Positions 18,807-31,537 are shown, numbered from the stretch's first letter. The stretch: 64,000 nt of DNA from Alphaproteobacteria bacterium (GCA_022450665.1 JAKUPQ010000002.1:15826-79825); one strand, 5' to 3'. Notes: generated by a model from the sequence alone, not told the origin. Program-made: numbers and translations.

Positions 18807-20285
18807 ATGGCAGAAACACAACAAAGCGCGACTGCACTCCAACAGGATTCTGACGCTTCCGCCGATGCGGTGCGATGGGAGAATGTGCGTAATAAATTAC
18901 GGTCTACTTTTGGCGAAGCCGTGTATCGCAGTTGGTTTGACAGCCTGAGCTTTGTTGGTATTGATAATGGCGTGGCTTTAATGTCGGCGCCCACCCGGTT
19001 CGTGCGCGAATGGGTAATGTCTAATTATGCCGATGAGTTGCGCAATATCTGGCGTCAGGAGCGCGAAGCAATATTTTCGGTAGACGTTGTGATTGGCAAA
19101 CCTGCAATAATTAAGCGTAACACCGCTACTACCCAAGCGCCTGCTGCAAGCTCTCGTGCCGCGCCTGCTGATGCGGTATCTGCATCATTGGTATATGACC
19201 GCAATGATGTTCGTAATCGTGTGGATAGCATTGACGATGAAGAAGAATTTACCATTGGCTCGCCGCTGGATCCCCGTTTTACGTTTGAGAATTTTGTTGT
19301 AGGCAAGCCTAATGAATTGGCCTATGCCGCTGCCCGCCGCGTTGCCGAAGCAGATGAAGCGCCGATTGGCTGTAACCCGCTGTTTTTACACGGTGGCGTA
19401 GGTTTGGGTAAAACGCATTTGATGCATGCGTTGGCATGGCAGATTCGTCGCGAAAACCCAAATCGCCGTGTATTATATCTGTCTGCCGAGAAATTCATGT
19501 ATCAGTTTATACGTGCGCTACGTTTTAAAGATACTATGGCATTCAAAGAAAAACTGCGCTCTGTAGATGTGTTGATGATTGACGATGTGCAGTTCATCAG
19601 TGGCAAAGACAGTACGCAGGAAGAGTTTTTCCACACTTTTAATGCGCTTATCGACCAGAAAAAGCAGTTGATTATTTCAGGGGATCGTTCGCCTTCGGAT
19701 CTGGAAGGCATTGAAGAGCGCATCCGCTCGCGCTTGGGTTGGGGCTTAGTAGCTGATATTCATTCCACCACTTACGAGTTGCGCCTTGGCATCTTGCAAT
19801 CCAAAGCAGAGCGCTTGGACGGGCTGGAAATTCCGCAAAAAGTTCTGGAGTTTCTTGCGATGAAAATTACTTCGAATATTCGGGAGCTTGAAGGCGCGCT
19901 CAACCGTGTTGTGGCGCATTCCACTCTGGTAGGGCAGGCAATCACCGTAGAAACCACACAAGATGTGCTGAAAGATTTGTTGCGCGCAAATGATCGGCAT
20001 ATTACTATCGAAGACATTCAAAAGGCCGTGGCAACGCATTACAACATTAAGCTGTCCGAAATGCATTCTGCCCGCCGTTCCCGTGTTGTGGCTCGTCCGC
20101 GTCAGGTTGCTATGTATCTTGCAAAGCGCCTCACCAGTAAGAGCTTGCCAGAAATTGGCCGCAAATTTGGCGGAAAAGATCATACCACCGTGATGCACGC
20201 GGTGAAACGCATCGAGGAATTGCGCGCTTCGGATCATGACCTTTCTGCGGATATCGAATTGCTGAATCGCGCATTGGAAAACTGA
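18807..20285 (+). CDS. dnaA: Chromosomal replication initiator protein DnaA
   Basis: Walker [17 protein letters not shown], sensor and box VII regions, and a C-terminal DNA-binding signature ([15 protein letters not shown]). Confidence 0.97.
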   Translation: MAETQQSATALQQDSDASADAVRWENVRNKLRSTFGEAVYRSWFDSLSFVGIDNGVALMSAPTRFVREWVMSNYADELRNIWRQEREAIFSVDVVIGKPAIIKRNTATTQAPAASSRAAPADAVSASLVYDRNDVRNRVDSIDDEEEFTIGSPLDPRFTFENFVVGKPNELAYAAARRVAEADEAPIGCNPLFLHGGVGLGKTHLMHALAWQIRRENPNRRVLYLSAEKFMYQFIRALRFKDTMAFKEKLRSVDVLMIDDVQFISGKDSTQEEFFHTFNALIDQKKQLIISGDRSPSDLEGIEERIRSRLGWGLVADIHSTTYELRLGILQSKAERLDGLEIPQKVLEFLAMKITSNIRELEGALNRVVAHSTLVGQAITVETTQDVLKDLLRANDRHITIEDIQKAVATHYNIKLSEMHSARRSRVVARPRQVAMYLAKRLTSKSLPEIGRKFGGKDHTTVMHAVKRIEELRASDHDLSADIELLNRALEN

Positions 20286-20395
20286 ATAATTAACAATGGG
20301 CTTTTTGTTGCCCTCAAAAGAAACCCTGACTATAGTTGGATATCATGCAAAGCTCGACCGTAGAAAAAACCAATAGCAAGGAAGTAACAGGTACC

Positions 20396-21508
20396 ATGAA
20401 ATTGGCCATAGATCGTGGCACGCTGCTCAAAGCGCTAAGCCATATCCAATCCGTAGTAGAAAAACGCGGCACGATTCCTATTTTGTCTAATGTTAAGCTC
20501 ACTGCTACTGATGGTAGCCTCAGCCTGACCGCTACCGATATGGATATCGCCGTGGTAGAAACCGTGGTAGCCAATGTTTCGGATGCAGGCTCCGCTACGG
20601 TTCCGGCGCATACTTTTTATGAAATTATCCGCAAATTGCAAGATGGCTCTGAAGTAGAGCTTATTAGCACAGAAGACGGAAAAGTTGGCATTAGCGCTCA
20701 GCAATCCACGTTTTCTTTGTCCAGTCTTCCGGTAGAAGATTTTCCTGTGATGGCCGAAGGAGATTTTAGTCATAACTACACCCTTACCGCCTCGGAATGT
20801 TCAGCATTAATTGATAAAACCCGCTTTGCCATTTCTACCGAAGAAACCCGCTATTATTTGAATGGTATTTATCTGCATGTCGCAGGTGAGAGCGATCGAG
20901 TATTACGCGCCGTAGCTACCGATGGCCACCGTTTGGCGCGTATTGAAGTGGCGCTTCCCGCTGGCGCAGATGGCCAGCCTGGCGTTATTATTCCGCGCAA
21001 AACCATTGCCGAGCTGAAAAAGCTTTTGGAAGGCGAAGTAGGCGAAGTTGAGGTGTCTGTTTCTGAAAGCAAAATTCGCTTTGTGTGCGGAAATGCGGTG
21101 CTGGTATCCAAGTTGATTGATGGCACTTTCCCTGACTATGATCGTGTGATTCCTTCTGGTAATGACAAAATTATGGAAGTGGATGCCAACCAGTTTTCTA
21201 ATGCTGTAGATCGTGTGTCGGTTATTGCTTCAGATAAGTCCCGTGGCGTGAAGCTCAAAATCGAACAAGGCAAACTCACCCTCTCGGCAAACAGCCCAGA
21301 AAATGGTACCGCAAATGAGTCACTGGAAGTGACATATGGCGCAGATCCAATTGAAATAGGCTTTAACTCCCGCTATTTGCTGGAGATGATGTCGCAAATT
21401 GAAGGCGATACCGCACAATTCGTATTGGCGGATGCATCTTCGCCCGCGATCGTGCGTGACTCTGCAGATATTGGCGCATTATACGTTATTATGCCAATGC
21501 GGGTGTGA
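20396..21508 (+). CDS. dnaN: DNA polymerase III beta sliding clamp
   Basis: MKLAIDRGTLLKAL...RYYLNGI...ATDGHRLA...MPMRV. The start was moved to the Met at 20396 for a typical length of about 370 aa. Confidence 0.95.
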   Translation: MKLAIDRGTLLKALSHIQSVVEKRGTIPILSNVKLTATDGSLSLTATDMDIAVVETVVANVSDAGSATVPAHTFYEIIRKLQDGSEVELISTEDGKVGISAQQSTFSLSSLPVEDFPVMAEGDFSHNYTLTASECSALIDKTRFAISTEETRYYLNGIYLHVAGESDRVLRAVATDGHRLARIEVALPAGADGQPGVIIPRKTIAELKKLLEGEVGEVEVSVSESKIRFVCGNAVLVSKLIDGTFPDYDRVIPSGNDKIMEVDANQFSNAVDRVSVIASDKSRGVKLKIEQGKLTLSANSPENGTANESLEVTYGADPIEIGFNSRYLLEMMSQIEGDTAQFVLADASSPAIVRDSADIGALYVIMPMRV

Positions 21509-21521
21509 GTCGGCTACGTCC

Positions 21522-22769
21522 ATGGCTAAGCCTCCTCGGATGAAAACCAATGCCGAAGCGGACATGGCTTTAGCTGTGAATGGTGCGTCTGCGACGTCTG
21601 GAATCAACCTTGCCGGACGGGTAACATCACTGCAAAAACTTACCCTTACAAATTTTCGTAACTATTCTCATGTCACTTTGTCGCTATCGCCGCAGCCGGT
21701 TGTATTAACCGGTGCCAACGGAGCGGGAAAAACCAATATACTCGAGGCAGTTTCGCTTCTGACGCCGGGCAGGGGATTGCGCCGCGCCCGCGTGATTGAT
21801 ATCGATCGCGCGTCGCCACATTCGGCAAACCCGCTACCAGTGCCATGGGCGGTCGCCGCTGTGTTGCAACAGCCTGATGGCGATTTGACCGAAGTGGCAA
21901 CCGGACGTGACGCAGAAGCTGCACTAACAGGAGCAGATCGGCGCCGTGTACGTATCGAAGGCAACGATGTTCCGCAAAGCGCTTTGGCCGATATATTAAG
22001 TGTTATCTGGCTGACGCCACAATTAGACCAACTTTTTCAAGAAGGCCAATCCGCCCGCCGGAAGTTTCTGGATCGTTTGGTTTATAGTTTCGAATCCGAC
22101 CATGCACAGCACGTAGCCGCTTATGAACAGGCAATGCGCGAGCGCAATCAATTGCTGCAAGAGCGGTGCAACGATGCAAAATGGTTTGCGGCGCTTGAAA
22201 AAAAAATGGCAGAACATGCCGTTGTGGTAGCAGCCTATCGCTTACAAACCATTGAGCGCCTTAATATAGTGATAGCACAATCGCAACGCGGCTTTCCGAA
22301 GGCAACATTAGAGCTGCATGGCGTGGTAGAAGATTTGTTGCAAAGCGGATGTGTTGCTATGGAAGCAGAGAGCCGCTTTGCAGAGCAGCTGCACCAATGC
22401 CGTCAGGCAGATAGCTATGCCGGCCGTACTTCAGAAGGCATACACCGGACTGAATGGCTGGTGTTTCATCAGGAAAAGAACATGGAAGCGGGTCAATGCT
22501 CTACCGGCGAGCAAAAGGCCGTGATGCTTTCTATTGTGCTGGCGCAAGCACGGGCGCGGGCAATGTGGGGAGTGTGCGCCCCAATATTATTATTGGACGA
22601 AGTGGTGGCGCATCTTGATCTGAAACGCCGCGCCGAACTTGCCGAGGAAATACTAGATATAGGGGTTCAGGCATGGCTCACCGGAACCGATGCTGAAGGC
22701 TTTGGTGACTTGGCCGCAAAGGCGCAATTTTTCAATGTGTCAGATGCAATTGTACGGTTGCAAAACTAA
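21522..22769 (+). CDS. recF: DNA replication/repair protein RecF
   Basis: LTLTNFRNY, Walker A GANGAGKTNILEA, and the signature SGEQK-like block STGEQKAV...LLLDEV. The start was placed after the dnaN stop; 21564 is an alternative. Confidence 0.88.
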   Translation: MAKPPRMKTNAEADMALAVNGASATSGINLAGRVTSLQKLTLTNFRNYSHVTLSLSPQPVVLTGANGAGKTNILEAVSLLTPGRGLRRARVIDIDRASPHSANPLPVPWAVAAVLQQPDGDLTEVATGRDAEAALTGADRRRVRIEGNDVPQSALADILSVIWLTPQLDQLFQEGQSARRKFLDRLVYSFESDHAQHVAAYEQAMRERNQLLQERCNDAKWFAALEKKMAEHAVVVAAYRLQTIERLNIVIAQSQRGFPKATLELHGVVEDLLQSGCVAMEAESRFAEQLHQCRQADSYAGRTSEGIHRTEWLVFHQEKNMEAGQCSTGEQKAVMLSIVLAQARARAMWGVCAPILLLDEVVAHLDLKRRAELAEEILDIGVQAWLTGTDAEGFGDLAAKAQFFNVSDAIVRLQN

Positions 22770-22817
22770 GCAGAAAAGTATAGATTATACTCTGTACCGG
22801 GAACAACTATATGTTGA

Positions 22818-25304
<2,487 letters not shown>

Positions 25305-25312
25305 CCATTAGT

Positions 25313-26083
25313 CTATATGGTTTGACCTGTTTTAACCCGCTGGCGCGGTAACGTGCTTGCCGGATCTTGTGTGGCCGAGCCTGTTGGTGGCGCATTTGCC
25401 ATAGCACTCCGCAGTGCTGGTGTAACCGATGAAACATCGATTCCTTCAACGGGAGGGGTCTTTGATGGAGCGCGAGCCGATTGTTGTTCGGGTGTGGTGT
25501 AGCTGCCACGCATGCGTTGCCCTTCTGGCGAACCTTTCAAAATGTCGACAACTTTCGACATAGCCGCCTTTACTTGCGCATAAGAATTTTTTAACCCAGC
25601 AAGAGTAGATTTGTTATCGGCTATCATTCCTGGAGCCTCACCAAAATCCATTCGTACTGGTCTTCCTGTGGCTTGTGCGCAGGTTATTGCATGATTCATC
25701 GTTGCCTCTGGTGTATGGCCTTGCTGATAGCTGTTTGAAGGTAACGGCTTTTGACCAGACTCTCTCAAGCGTTCATATTCTGGCGTTGCTTGCAATACAG
25801 CATTCATGTCAGCACGTGCAGCTTGTGCTGTTTTAAATACCTCCATTAACCCGCCAATGTTGGAATGCTCATCAACAATCAGGCCTCTCACGCCATTCAC
25901 ATTCAAACTCACTGGCCGGTGGTGTTCTTGTGCCACGGTAATCGCTCGTTCCATTGTTTCATTCACGGAATTGGCGTGGGGAAATGCATCCGAAGGAATC
26001 ACTCCAGAAGATATATTTGAACTTTGCTCGGCTTTTGGCTTGCTTAAGCCCGCAAATTCAGCGATTTTACCCAAAAGAGACAT
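25313..26083 (-). CDS. Hypothetical protein with an internal ~70-aa tandem repeat and a Pro/Ser/Thr-rich tail
   Basis: 256-aa ORF with an ATG start. Repeat 1 (aa 41-110, NETMERAITVAQEHHRPV...) aligns with repeat 2 (aa 126-195, EATMNHAITCAQATGRPV...). I recognise no family. Confidence 0.5.
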   Translation of the reverse strand: MSLLGKIAEFAGLSKPKAEQSSNISSGVIPSDAFPHANSVNETMERAITVAQEHHRPVSLNVNGVRGLIVDEHSNIGGLMEVFKTAQAARADMNAVLQATPEYERLRESGQKPLPSNSYQQGHTPEATMNHAITCAQATGRPVRMDFGEAPGMIADNKSTLAGLKNSYAQVKAAMSKVVDILKGSPEGQRMRGSYTTPEQQSARAPSKTPPVEGIDVSSVTPALRSAMANAPPTGSATQDPASTLPRQRVKTGQTI

Positions 26084-26173
26084 ATTATCTAATTAATAGC
26101 CTTTAGGTTAAGTGTTGTTAATCTGTCACAGTAGCCCAAAAACCTTACGAAATAATGAATAGATACGAGATTT

Positions 26174-28336
26174 ATGAATTTTCCTGCAAAAAAATTGGCC
26201 GATTGGCAAGCGCTGGCGCAAAAAGAGTTGAAAACTAAACCGCTTGAGGCTTTGTATTGGGATACTCCAGAGGGTATACGCATCAAGCCGCTTTATACTG
26301 CGGAGGATTTGCAGAACTTAGATGTAAGCAGCCAACTGCCTGGCTTTGCGCCCTATACTCGTGGGGTGCGTGGCACCATGTATTCTGGACGTGCATGGAC
26401 AATTCGTCAATATGCAGGGTTTTCAACGGCTGAAGAGTCAAACGCATTTTACAAGCGAAATTTAGCGGCTGGACAAAAAGGGCTTTCTGTAGCGTTCGAT
26501 TTAGCGACCCATCGCGGATATGATTCCGACCATCCCCGCGTGATGGGAGATGTTGGAAAAGCAGGTGTTGCCATAGATTCATTAGAAGATATGAAATTGC
26601 TCTTTGCTGATATTCCGCTTAGTGACATCAGCGTATCCATGACAATGAATGGCGCGGTGCTACCCATTTTGGCATTTTATATTGTGGCGGCAGAAGAGCA
26701 GGGCATCAGCCCCGATCAGCTGGCTGGAACTATACAAAATGATATTCTAAAAGAATTTATGGTGCGAAATACTTATATTTTTGCGCCCGAACCCAGTATG
26801 CGCATTGTGGCGGATATTATTGAATATACCTCCAAACATATGCCGCGCTTTAATTCGATTTCTATCTCTGGCTACCACATGCACGAAGCAGGTGCTACCG
26901 CAGTGGAAGAGTTGGCATTTACCATAGCCGATGGGGAAGAATATGTAAAAGCCGCCATGGAAAAAGGGCTGGATATTGATAGCTTCGCCCCGCGCCTGTC
27001 GTTCTTTTTTGGTATTGGCATGCATTTTTTCATGGAGGTGGCCAAGTTACGCGCGGCGCGAGTATTGTGGGCACGTATTATGCAAAATTTAGGAGCGCAA
27101 AATTCTAAATCATTGATGTTGCGCACTCATTGTCAAACCTCTGGCGTGTCGCTGCAAGCGCAAGACCCGTATAACAACGTGATACGTACAACGGTTGAAG
27201 CGATGGCTGCCGTACTAGGGGGTACGCAATCACTGCATACCAACGCTCTGGATGAAGCGATCGCGCTGCCAACAGATTTCTCGGCACGTATTGCACGTAA
27301 TACTCAGTTGATTCTAGAACATGAAACCGGCATTACACCCGTAGTAGACCCGCTTGGAGGTAGCTATTATATCGAATCGCTAACTCATAGTTTGGTGGAG
27401 CATGCATGGGCTGAAATTGAAAATATTCGTGCCATGGGTGGTATGACACACGCTATCGAGAAAGGTGTACCTAAGCGTAAAATTGAAGCCTCTGCCGCCC
27501 GTAAACAAGCGCGTATAGATGGCGGAGAAGAAGTGATTGTGGGGGTAAACCGCTTCCAACCTTCTACAATAGAAGCCTTAGATACCTTGGAAGTGGATAA
27601 CAGTAAAGTGCGGGACGGTCAGATTGCCCGTTTGAAAAACATACGCGAATCACGCGACAACGATAAATGTGCGCAAGCACTGGAGGCGCTGACGAAAGCC
27701 GCAGAAACCGGCGGCAAGAACTTGCTGCAAGCGCATATAGAAGCGGCGCGGGAGCGGGCAACATTGGGAGAAATGACCGCAGCACTAGAAAAAATATTCC
27801 CCCGTTATGATGCGCCTGTAGAAGTGGCTACGGGCGTATATAAAGATAGCTATGGCGACGTAAGCGCTCTTGAGGCAATACAGCAACGCAATACGGAAAT
27901 TGCGGCTGTTATGGGTGGTGCAGCGCGCATATACATCGCCAAAATGGGGCAGGATGGTCATGATCGTGGTGCAAAAATCATTGCTTCTGCCTATAGTGAT
28001 TTAGGATTTGAAGTTGTGGCCGGACATTTGTTTCAAACCCCACAAGAAGCTGCGCAAGTGGCCGTGGATAAAAAAGCACATATATTAGGGGTTTCCACCC
28101 AAGCTGGCGCGCATAAAACATTAGTGCCAGAGGTCATTGCGGCGCTAAAATCTCTTAATGCAGAAAATATGATAGTGGTGTGCGGTGGCGTGATTCCATC
28201 GCAGGATTATCAAGCGTTATACGATGCAGGTGTGGCCGCAATCTTTCCGCCCGGCACACCCATTCCAAAATCCGCCAATGAATTATTGGATATTTTAGAG
28301 CTGCGTCACCGCAAGGGAAACTATTTTGTAAGCTAA
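26174..28336 (+). CDS. scpA: Methylmalonyl-CoA mutase, single-chain (adenosylcobalamin-dependent)
   Basis: 720 aa. N-terminal substrate barrel ([20 protein letters not shown]-like HCQTSG) and a C-terminal B12-binding domain with the DxHxxG motif ([10 protein letters not shown]). Confidence 0.95.
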   Translation: MNFPAKKLADWQALAQKELKTKPLEALYWDTPEGIRIKPLYTAEDLQNLDVSSQLPGFAPYTRGVRGTMYSGRAWTIRQYAGFSTAEESNAFYKRNLAAGQKGLSVAFDLATHRGYDSDHPRVMGDVGKAGVAIDSLEDMKLLFADIPLSDISVSMTMNGAVLPILAFYIVAAEEQGISPDQLAGTIQNDILKEFMVRNTYIFAPEPSMRIVADIIEYTSKHMPRFNSISISGYHMHEAGATAVEELAFTIADGEEYVKAAMEKGLDIDSFAPRLSFFFGIGMHFFMEVAKLRAARVLWARIMQNLGAQNSKSLMLRTHCQTSGVSLQAQDPYNNVIRTTVEAMAAVLGGTQSLHTNALDEAIALPTDFSARIARNTQLILEHETGITPVVDPLGGSYYIESLTHSLVEHAWAEIENIRAMGGMTHAIEKGVPKRKIEASAARKQARIDGGEEVIVGVNRFQPSTIEALDTLEVDNSKVRDGQIARLKNIRESRDNDKCAQALEALTKAAETGGKNLLQAHIEAARERATLGEMTAALEKIFPRYDAPVEVATGVYKDSYGDVSALEAIQQRNTEIAAVMGGAARIYIAKMGQDGHDRGAKIIASAYSDLGFEVVAGHLFQTPQEAAQVAVDKKAHILGVSTQAGAHKTLVPEVIAALKSLNAENMIVVCGGVIPSQDYQALYDAGVAAIFPPGTPIPKSANELLDILELRHRKGNYFVS

Positions 28337-28770
28337 CGCGCTATCTGCGATGGTTCTTTCTCAGACACAACCTGCTGCCACCTTGTAGAAGGTGCATTAT
28401 CATCTAATGAAATATCGGCGGGCTGTGAAAGATGCACTGGCTTATCCATGGCAAAACGTCGCGCCAAACGCAGGTCTTCTAGCCGTACTTTTTCGGTTTC
28501 ACGCTTGTTAGATAAATAAGTGAATCCTACACCAGCAGCCATTAAACCGCCCATAAGCGCAGGGCTTTTCGCCGACTTAAAAGGCTTTTCATCGTTTTCT
28601 ACTGCTTGCACTAAACGATGCGTCAAATTGCCCAAAACACCAATAAATGTAGCACCAGCTGCCGCAAAATAGAGCGAAGAAAAAAAAGAATGTTTGCGGT
28701 GTTCACGAATAAATTGCTGTTCATAAGCATTGTCGTGATTTTGTGTAAGCAAGTCGGGGGCGTTGTTCAT
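28333..28770 (-). CDS. Small two-TM membrane protein of unknown function, located downstream of a cobalamin riboswitch
   Basis: ATG at 28768-28770 is preceded by GGAG 8 nt upstream. Two Gly/Ala-rich hydrophobic helices ([21 protein letters not shown] and [16 protein letters not shown]). The ORF track extends to a GTG at 28803. Confidence 0.6.
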   Translation of the reverse strand: MNNAPDLLTQNHDNAYEQQFIREHRKHSFFSSLYFAAAGATFIGVLGNLTHRLVQAVENDEKPFKSAKSPALMGGLMAAGVGFTYLSNKRETEKVRLEDLRLARRFAMDKPVHLSQPADISLDDNAPSTRWQQVVSEKEPSQIAR

Positions 28771-28864
28771 AATGGCTCCATGCGTTAACAGTGCACATGC
28801 CACGACCGGACGAATTCCGGTGGATCCAACAAGCAGAGATTTTCCTCGATCTCTTAAATGCGTG

Positions 28865-29035
28865 TGACATGAACGGCAGGTCTACTGGCTTGCAGATTAA
28901 CGCTTACGACGCCTTCCCGGGGTTTCCAGTGGCCTGTGTCGGTTGCTGCTGCATACAGTTGCGAGGACAGCCGCAGAATAGGCTTTAAAACCGAACTGCG
29001 TTCCCTTTTCATTCTGGCTTTTTATGGCCAAAAAC
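28865..29035 (-). promoter_or_regulatory. Cobalamin (B12) riboswitch
   Basis: The minus strand reads ...GCCAGAATGAAAAGGGAACGCAGTTCGG...CTGCGGCTGTCCTCGCAACTGTA...GCCACTGGAAACCCCGGGAAGGC...AAGCCAGTAGACCTGCCGTTC. All conserved cores are present, including the B12 box. Confidence 0.85.
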
Positions 29036-29187
29036 CGTCGGCACATGCATAATTGCTTCCCTGCCAAATGTCAAGTGGTGCAAAAACCTGCAATATTGCA
29101 ATAAACCCCTTGACGTGAGCTTGTTTGAAGGGTAAAAAACACGCCTCATATTACTAATTCATACGCTTGAAGAAAAAGGTGCTTATC

Positions 29188-29490
29188 ATGGCTAATCGTT
29201 GCGAACTGACCGGTGTTGGCGTGTTAACAGGAAATAACGTTTCTCACGCAAATAATAAAAGCCGTCGCCGCTTTTTGCCGAATGTGCAAAATGTGTCTTT
29301 GCTTAGCGAGGCTTTAGGAAACCCAGTTTCCTTGAAAGTAACTGCTGCTACACTGCGTACTGTTGAGCACAACGGAGGTCTTGATAATTATTTACTGACC
29401 ACCTCCAACAACAAGCTTACGGTTAAGGCACAAAGCATTAAGCGCCGCATTAAGCGCTCGCTGGCTGCAAAAGAAGAAAAAGCTGCGTAA
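29188..29490 (+). CDS. rpmB: 50S ribosomal protein L28
   Basis: [34 protein letters not shown]. The start was moved to the Met at 29188, which is preceded by AAGGTG. Confidence 0.93.
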   Translation: MANRCELTGVGVLTGNNVSHANNKSRRRFLPNVQNVSLLSEALGNPVSLKVTAATLRTVEHNGGLDNYLLTTSNNKLTVKAQSIKRRIKRSLAAKEEKAA

Positions 29491-29514
29491 TAAGCGCATA
29501 CATATTAAGAAAAG

Positions 29515-29540
29515 AGCCAGCTTCGCGCTGGCTTTTTTTG
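29515..29540 (+). terminator. Rho-independent terminator after rpmB
   Basis: Stem AGCCAGC / GCTGGCT with loop TTCGC, followed by a T7 run. Confidence 0.75.
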
Positions 29541-29613
29541 TTTTTAATGTGCGATTTTCCATTGTTTCTGGTAGTATTGAAAAAGTAATTATTATTAATT
29601 TTTATAAAATGCC

Positions 29614-30645
29614 ATGGAATTTGCCACTCTCTATTTAAAGGCCATCTATTTAAACATTGCGGATGTCACGCAGCGTCTCAATTGGATGTATCTGCTTACT
29701 GCATTAGCTGCCGCATTGCTAAGCTACCGATTATATTCGGGTGAAAAGCTTTCCATTAAGTCTTTCTTATCTTATGCGTTTCCCAAAGGCAGCCTAACTT
29801 CAAAATCTGCTCGTATGGATTACATTATTGTATTCTTTATGCCATTTTGGATCGCTGTCCTCGTCTTTCCTTTTGCTATATCTGTGTTAACTGTCGCTGA
29901 AGCACTATTGGGGGGGCTTAATTATCTGCTGGGTGAAAACGAATCCCACGATGCGGGTATAGTAGGCATGGCGATATATTCCTTCTTTTTATTCATTGCT
30001 TACGATTTCGGCCAATTTTTTTCTCATTATCTCAATCATCGAATATGGTTTTTATGGGAAATGCATAAAATTCATCACTCTGCTGAGACCATGACGCCAG
30101 TTACTGCCTATCGTTTTCATCCGATGGATCTTTTATGGACAACCGTTGTCATCGCTATTACCACAGGAATATGTCAGGGATTTTTCCACTGGCTGTGGAA
30201 CATGGAGCCTCAGTTATATAATATATTAGGCCTGCAGTTCGGAATTTTGATTTTCTACCTTGCCGCATATAACTTGCGTCATAGCCACGTGTGGCTGCCA
30301 TACCCAAAACCCCTTATGCATGTTTTTATGAGCCCTGCACAACATCAGATTCACCATAGTGTAGCAAGAAAGCATTGGGATAGGAATTTTGGCTATATGT
30401 TCAGTTTTTGGGATTGGATGTTTGGTACAATTTATATACCTCAAGAGCGCGAGCATTTAACCTATGGTCTTGGCAAAGAAAGCGGTGAATATCAGAGCTT
30501 GCCCCATATATATGTTTTGCCCTTCACTAAGATAGGCAACAGAATGAAGAAAATATTTGTAAAAAGTGATTCCAAAGAGCGTGCATCTAAGGCTAGTATT
30601 GATCAAAGTTTTGATGATATTTCAAGCAAACGGAATGAAACATGA
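29614..30645 (+). CDS. Fatty acid hydroxylase / sterol desaturase superfamily membrane protein
   Basis: Four or more N-terminal TM helices and three His boxes: HYLNH, HKIHH(S), and HQIHHS, with LRHSH between them. Confidence 0.8.
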   Translation: MEFATLYLKAIYLNIADVTQRLNWMYLLTALAAALLSYRLYSGEKLSIKSFLSYAFPKGSLTSKSARMDYIIVFFMPFWIAVLVFPFAISVLTVAEALLGGLNYLLGENESHDAGIVGMAIYSFFLFIAYDFGQFFSHYLNHRIWFLWEMHKIHHSAETMTPVTAYRFHPMDLLWTTVVIAITTGICQGFFHWLWNMEPQLYNILGLQFGILIFYLAAYNLRHSHVWLPYPKPLMHVFMSPAQHQIHHSVARKHWDRNFGYMFSFWDWMFGTIYIPQEREHLTYGLGKESGEYQSLPHIYVLPFTKIGNRMKKIFVKSDSKERASKASIDQSFDDISSKRNET

Positions 30646-31499
30646 AATACCTATTTTTAAGTTTACTGTTAACGGCAGTAAATATAGGCATTGCCGCATC
30701 CCCTGCATTGGCGCAAAATTCTGCAGAAAATTCTCAATCTCAGGCTGCTAAAGTTCAACCACCGGTGTGGATTGAAGAAATGACGTGGACTGAAATAGAT
30801 GGGGCGTTAAAGCTCGGGTATACAAATATAATCATACCGGCAGCGGGAATTGAGCAGAACGGCCCTCATATCCCACTTTATAAGCATCGCCTGGTAGTTC
30901 GTAATAATGCAGAAAAGATTGCGCGTATATTGGGCAAAACACTCATTGCACCGGTGATCGATTTTGTGCCCGAAGGCAACATCGAATCCCGCGAAGGGCA
31001 TATGAATTTTGCCGGTACAATATCCATGCCAGCTAAGGTGTTTGGAGATATTATTGATTATACCGTGCGTAGCCTTTCCCAACATGGGTTCCGACAGTTT
31101 TATATTATAGGCGATAGCGGAAGCAGCCAGCAGGCACAGGAGCAAATTGCGAAATCCTTGCGTAAAAATGATTATGAAGCCTTCCATATTGGTGATTACT
31201 ATGCCAATAAAGCGCAGGAAGAATTCTTAGGAAAACATGGGTTTGATGAAAAGAGCATCGGCGGTCATTCCGGCCTGCGCGATACTTCAGAGTTTATGCT
31301 TGTGGCGCCTATGGAGGTACGTAGTAAATTGCTAGGTGTTGTACCTAAAGACAAGCTTTATCAATATGGCACATGGGGCAATACAGCAAAAGCAAACCCA
31401 CAGATAGGGCATATGCTATCGCAAATTAAAGTTCAGGCCGCAGTAAAGCAAATTTGTGAAGATACCAACATCAAATCCAAAGCATGTCATACACGTTAA
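30642..31499 (+). CDS. Creatininase-fold (PF02633-like) protein with Sec signal peptide and a divergent metal site
   Basis: Signal peptide MKYLFLSLLLTAVNIGIAASPALA. Family blocks IPAAGIEQNGPHIPL and GGHSGLRDTSEFML. The ATGA at 30642-30645 overlaps the upstream stop codon. Confidence 0.65.
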   Translation: MKYLFLSLLLTAVNIGIAASPALAQNSAENSQSQAAKVQPPVWIEEMTWTEIDGALKLGYTNIIIPAAGIEQNGPHIPLYKHRLVVRNNAEKIARILGKTLIAPVIDFVPEGNIESREGHMNFAGTISMPAKVFGDIIDYTVRSLSQHGFRQFYIIGDSGSSQQAQEQIAKSLRKNDYEAFHIGDYYANKAQEEFLGKHGFDEKSIGGHSGLRDTSEFMLVAPMEVRSKLLGVVPKDKLYQYGTWGNTAKANPQIGHMLSQIKVQAAVKQICEDTNIKSKACHTR

Positions 31500-31537
31500 T
31501 ATGCAGAGTGATGGATCAATAGCGATGTAAGAAAAAA

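Noticed and set aside
28791-28988. 65-aa plus-strand ORF
   Set aside because: It lies entirely inside the minus-strand cobalamin riboswitch and its expression platform. It has no RBS and its composition is not coding-like.
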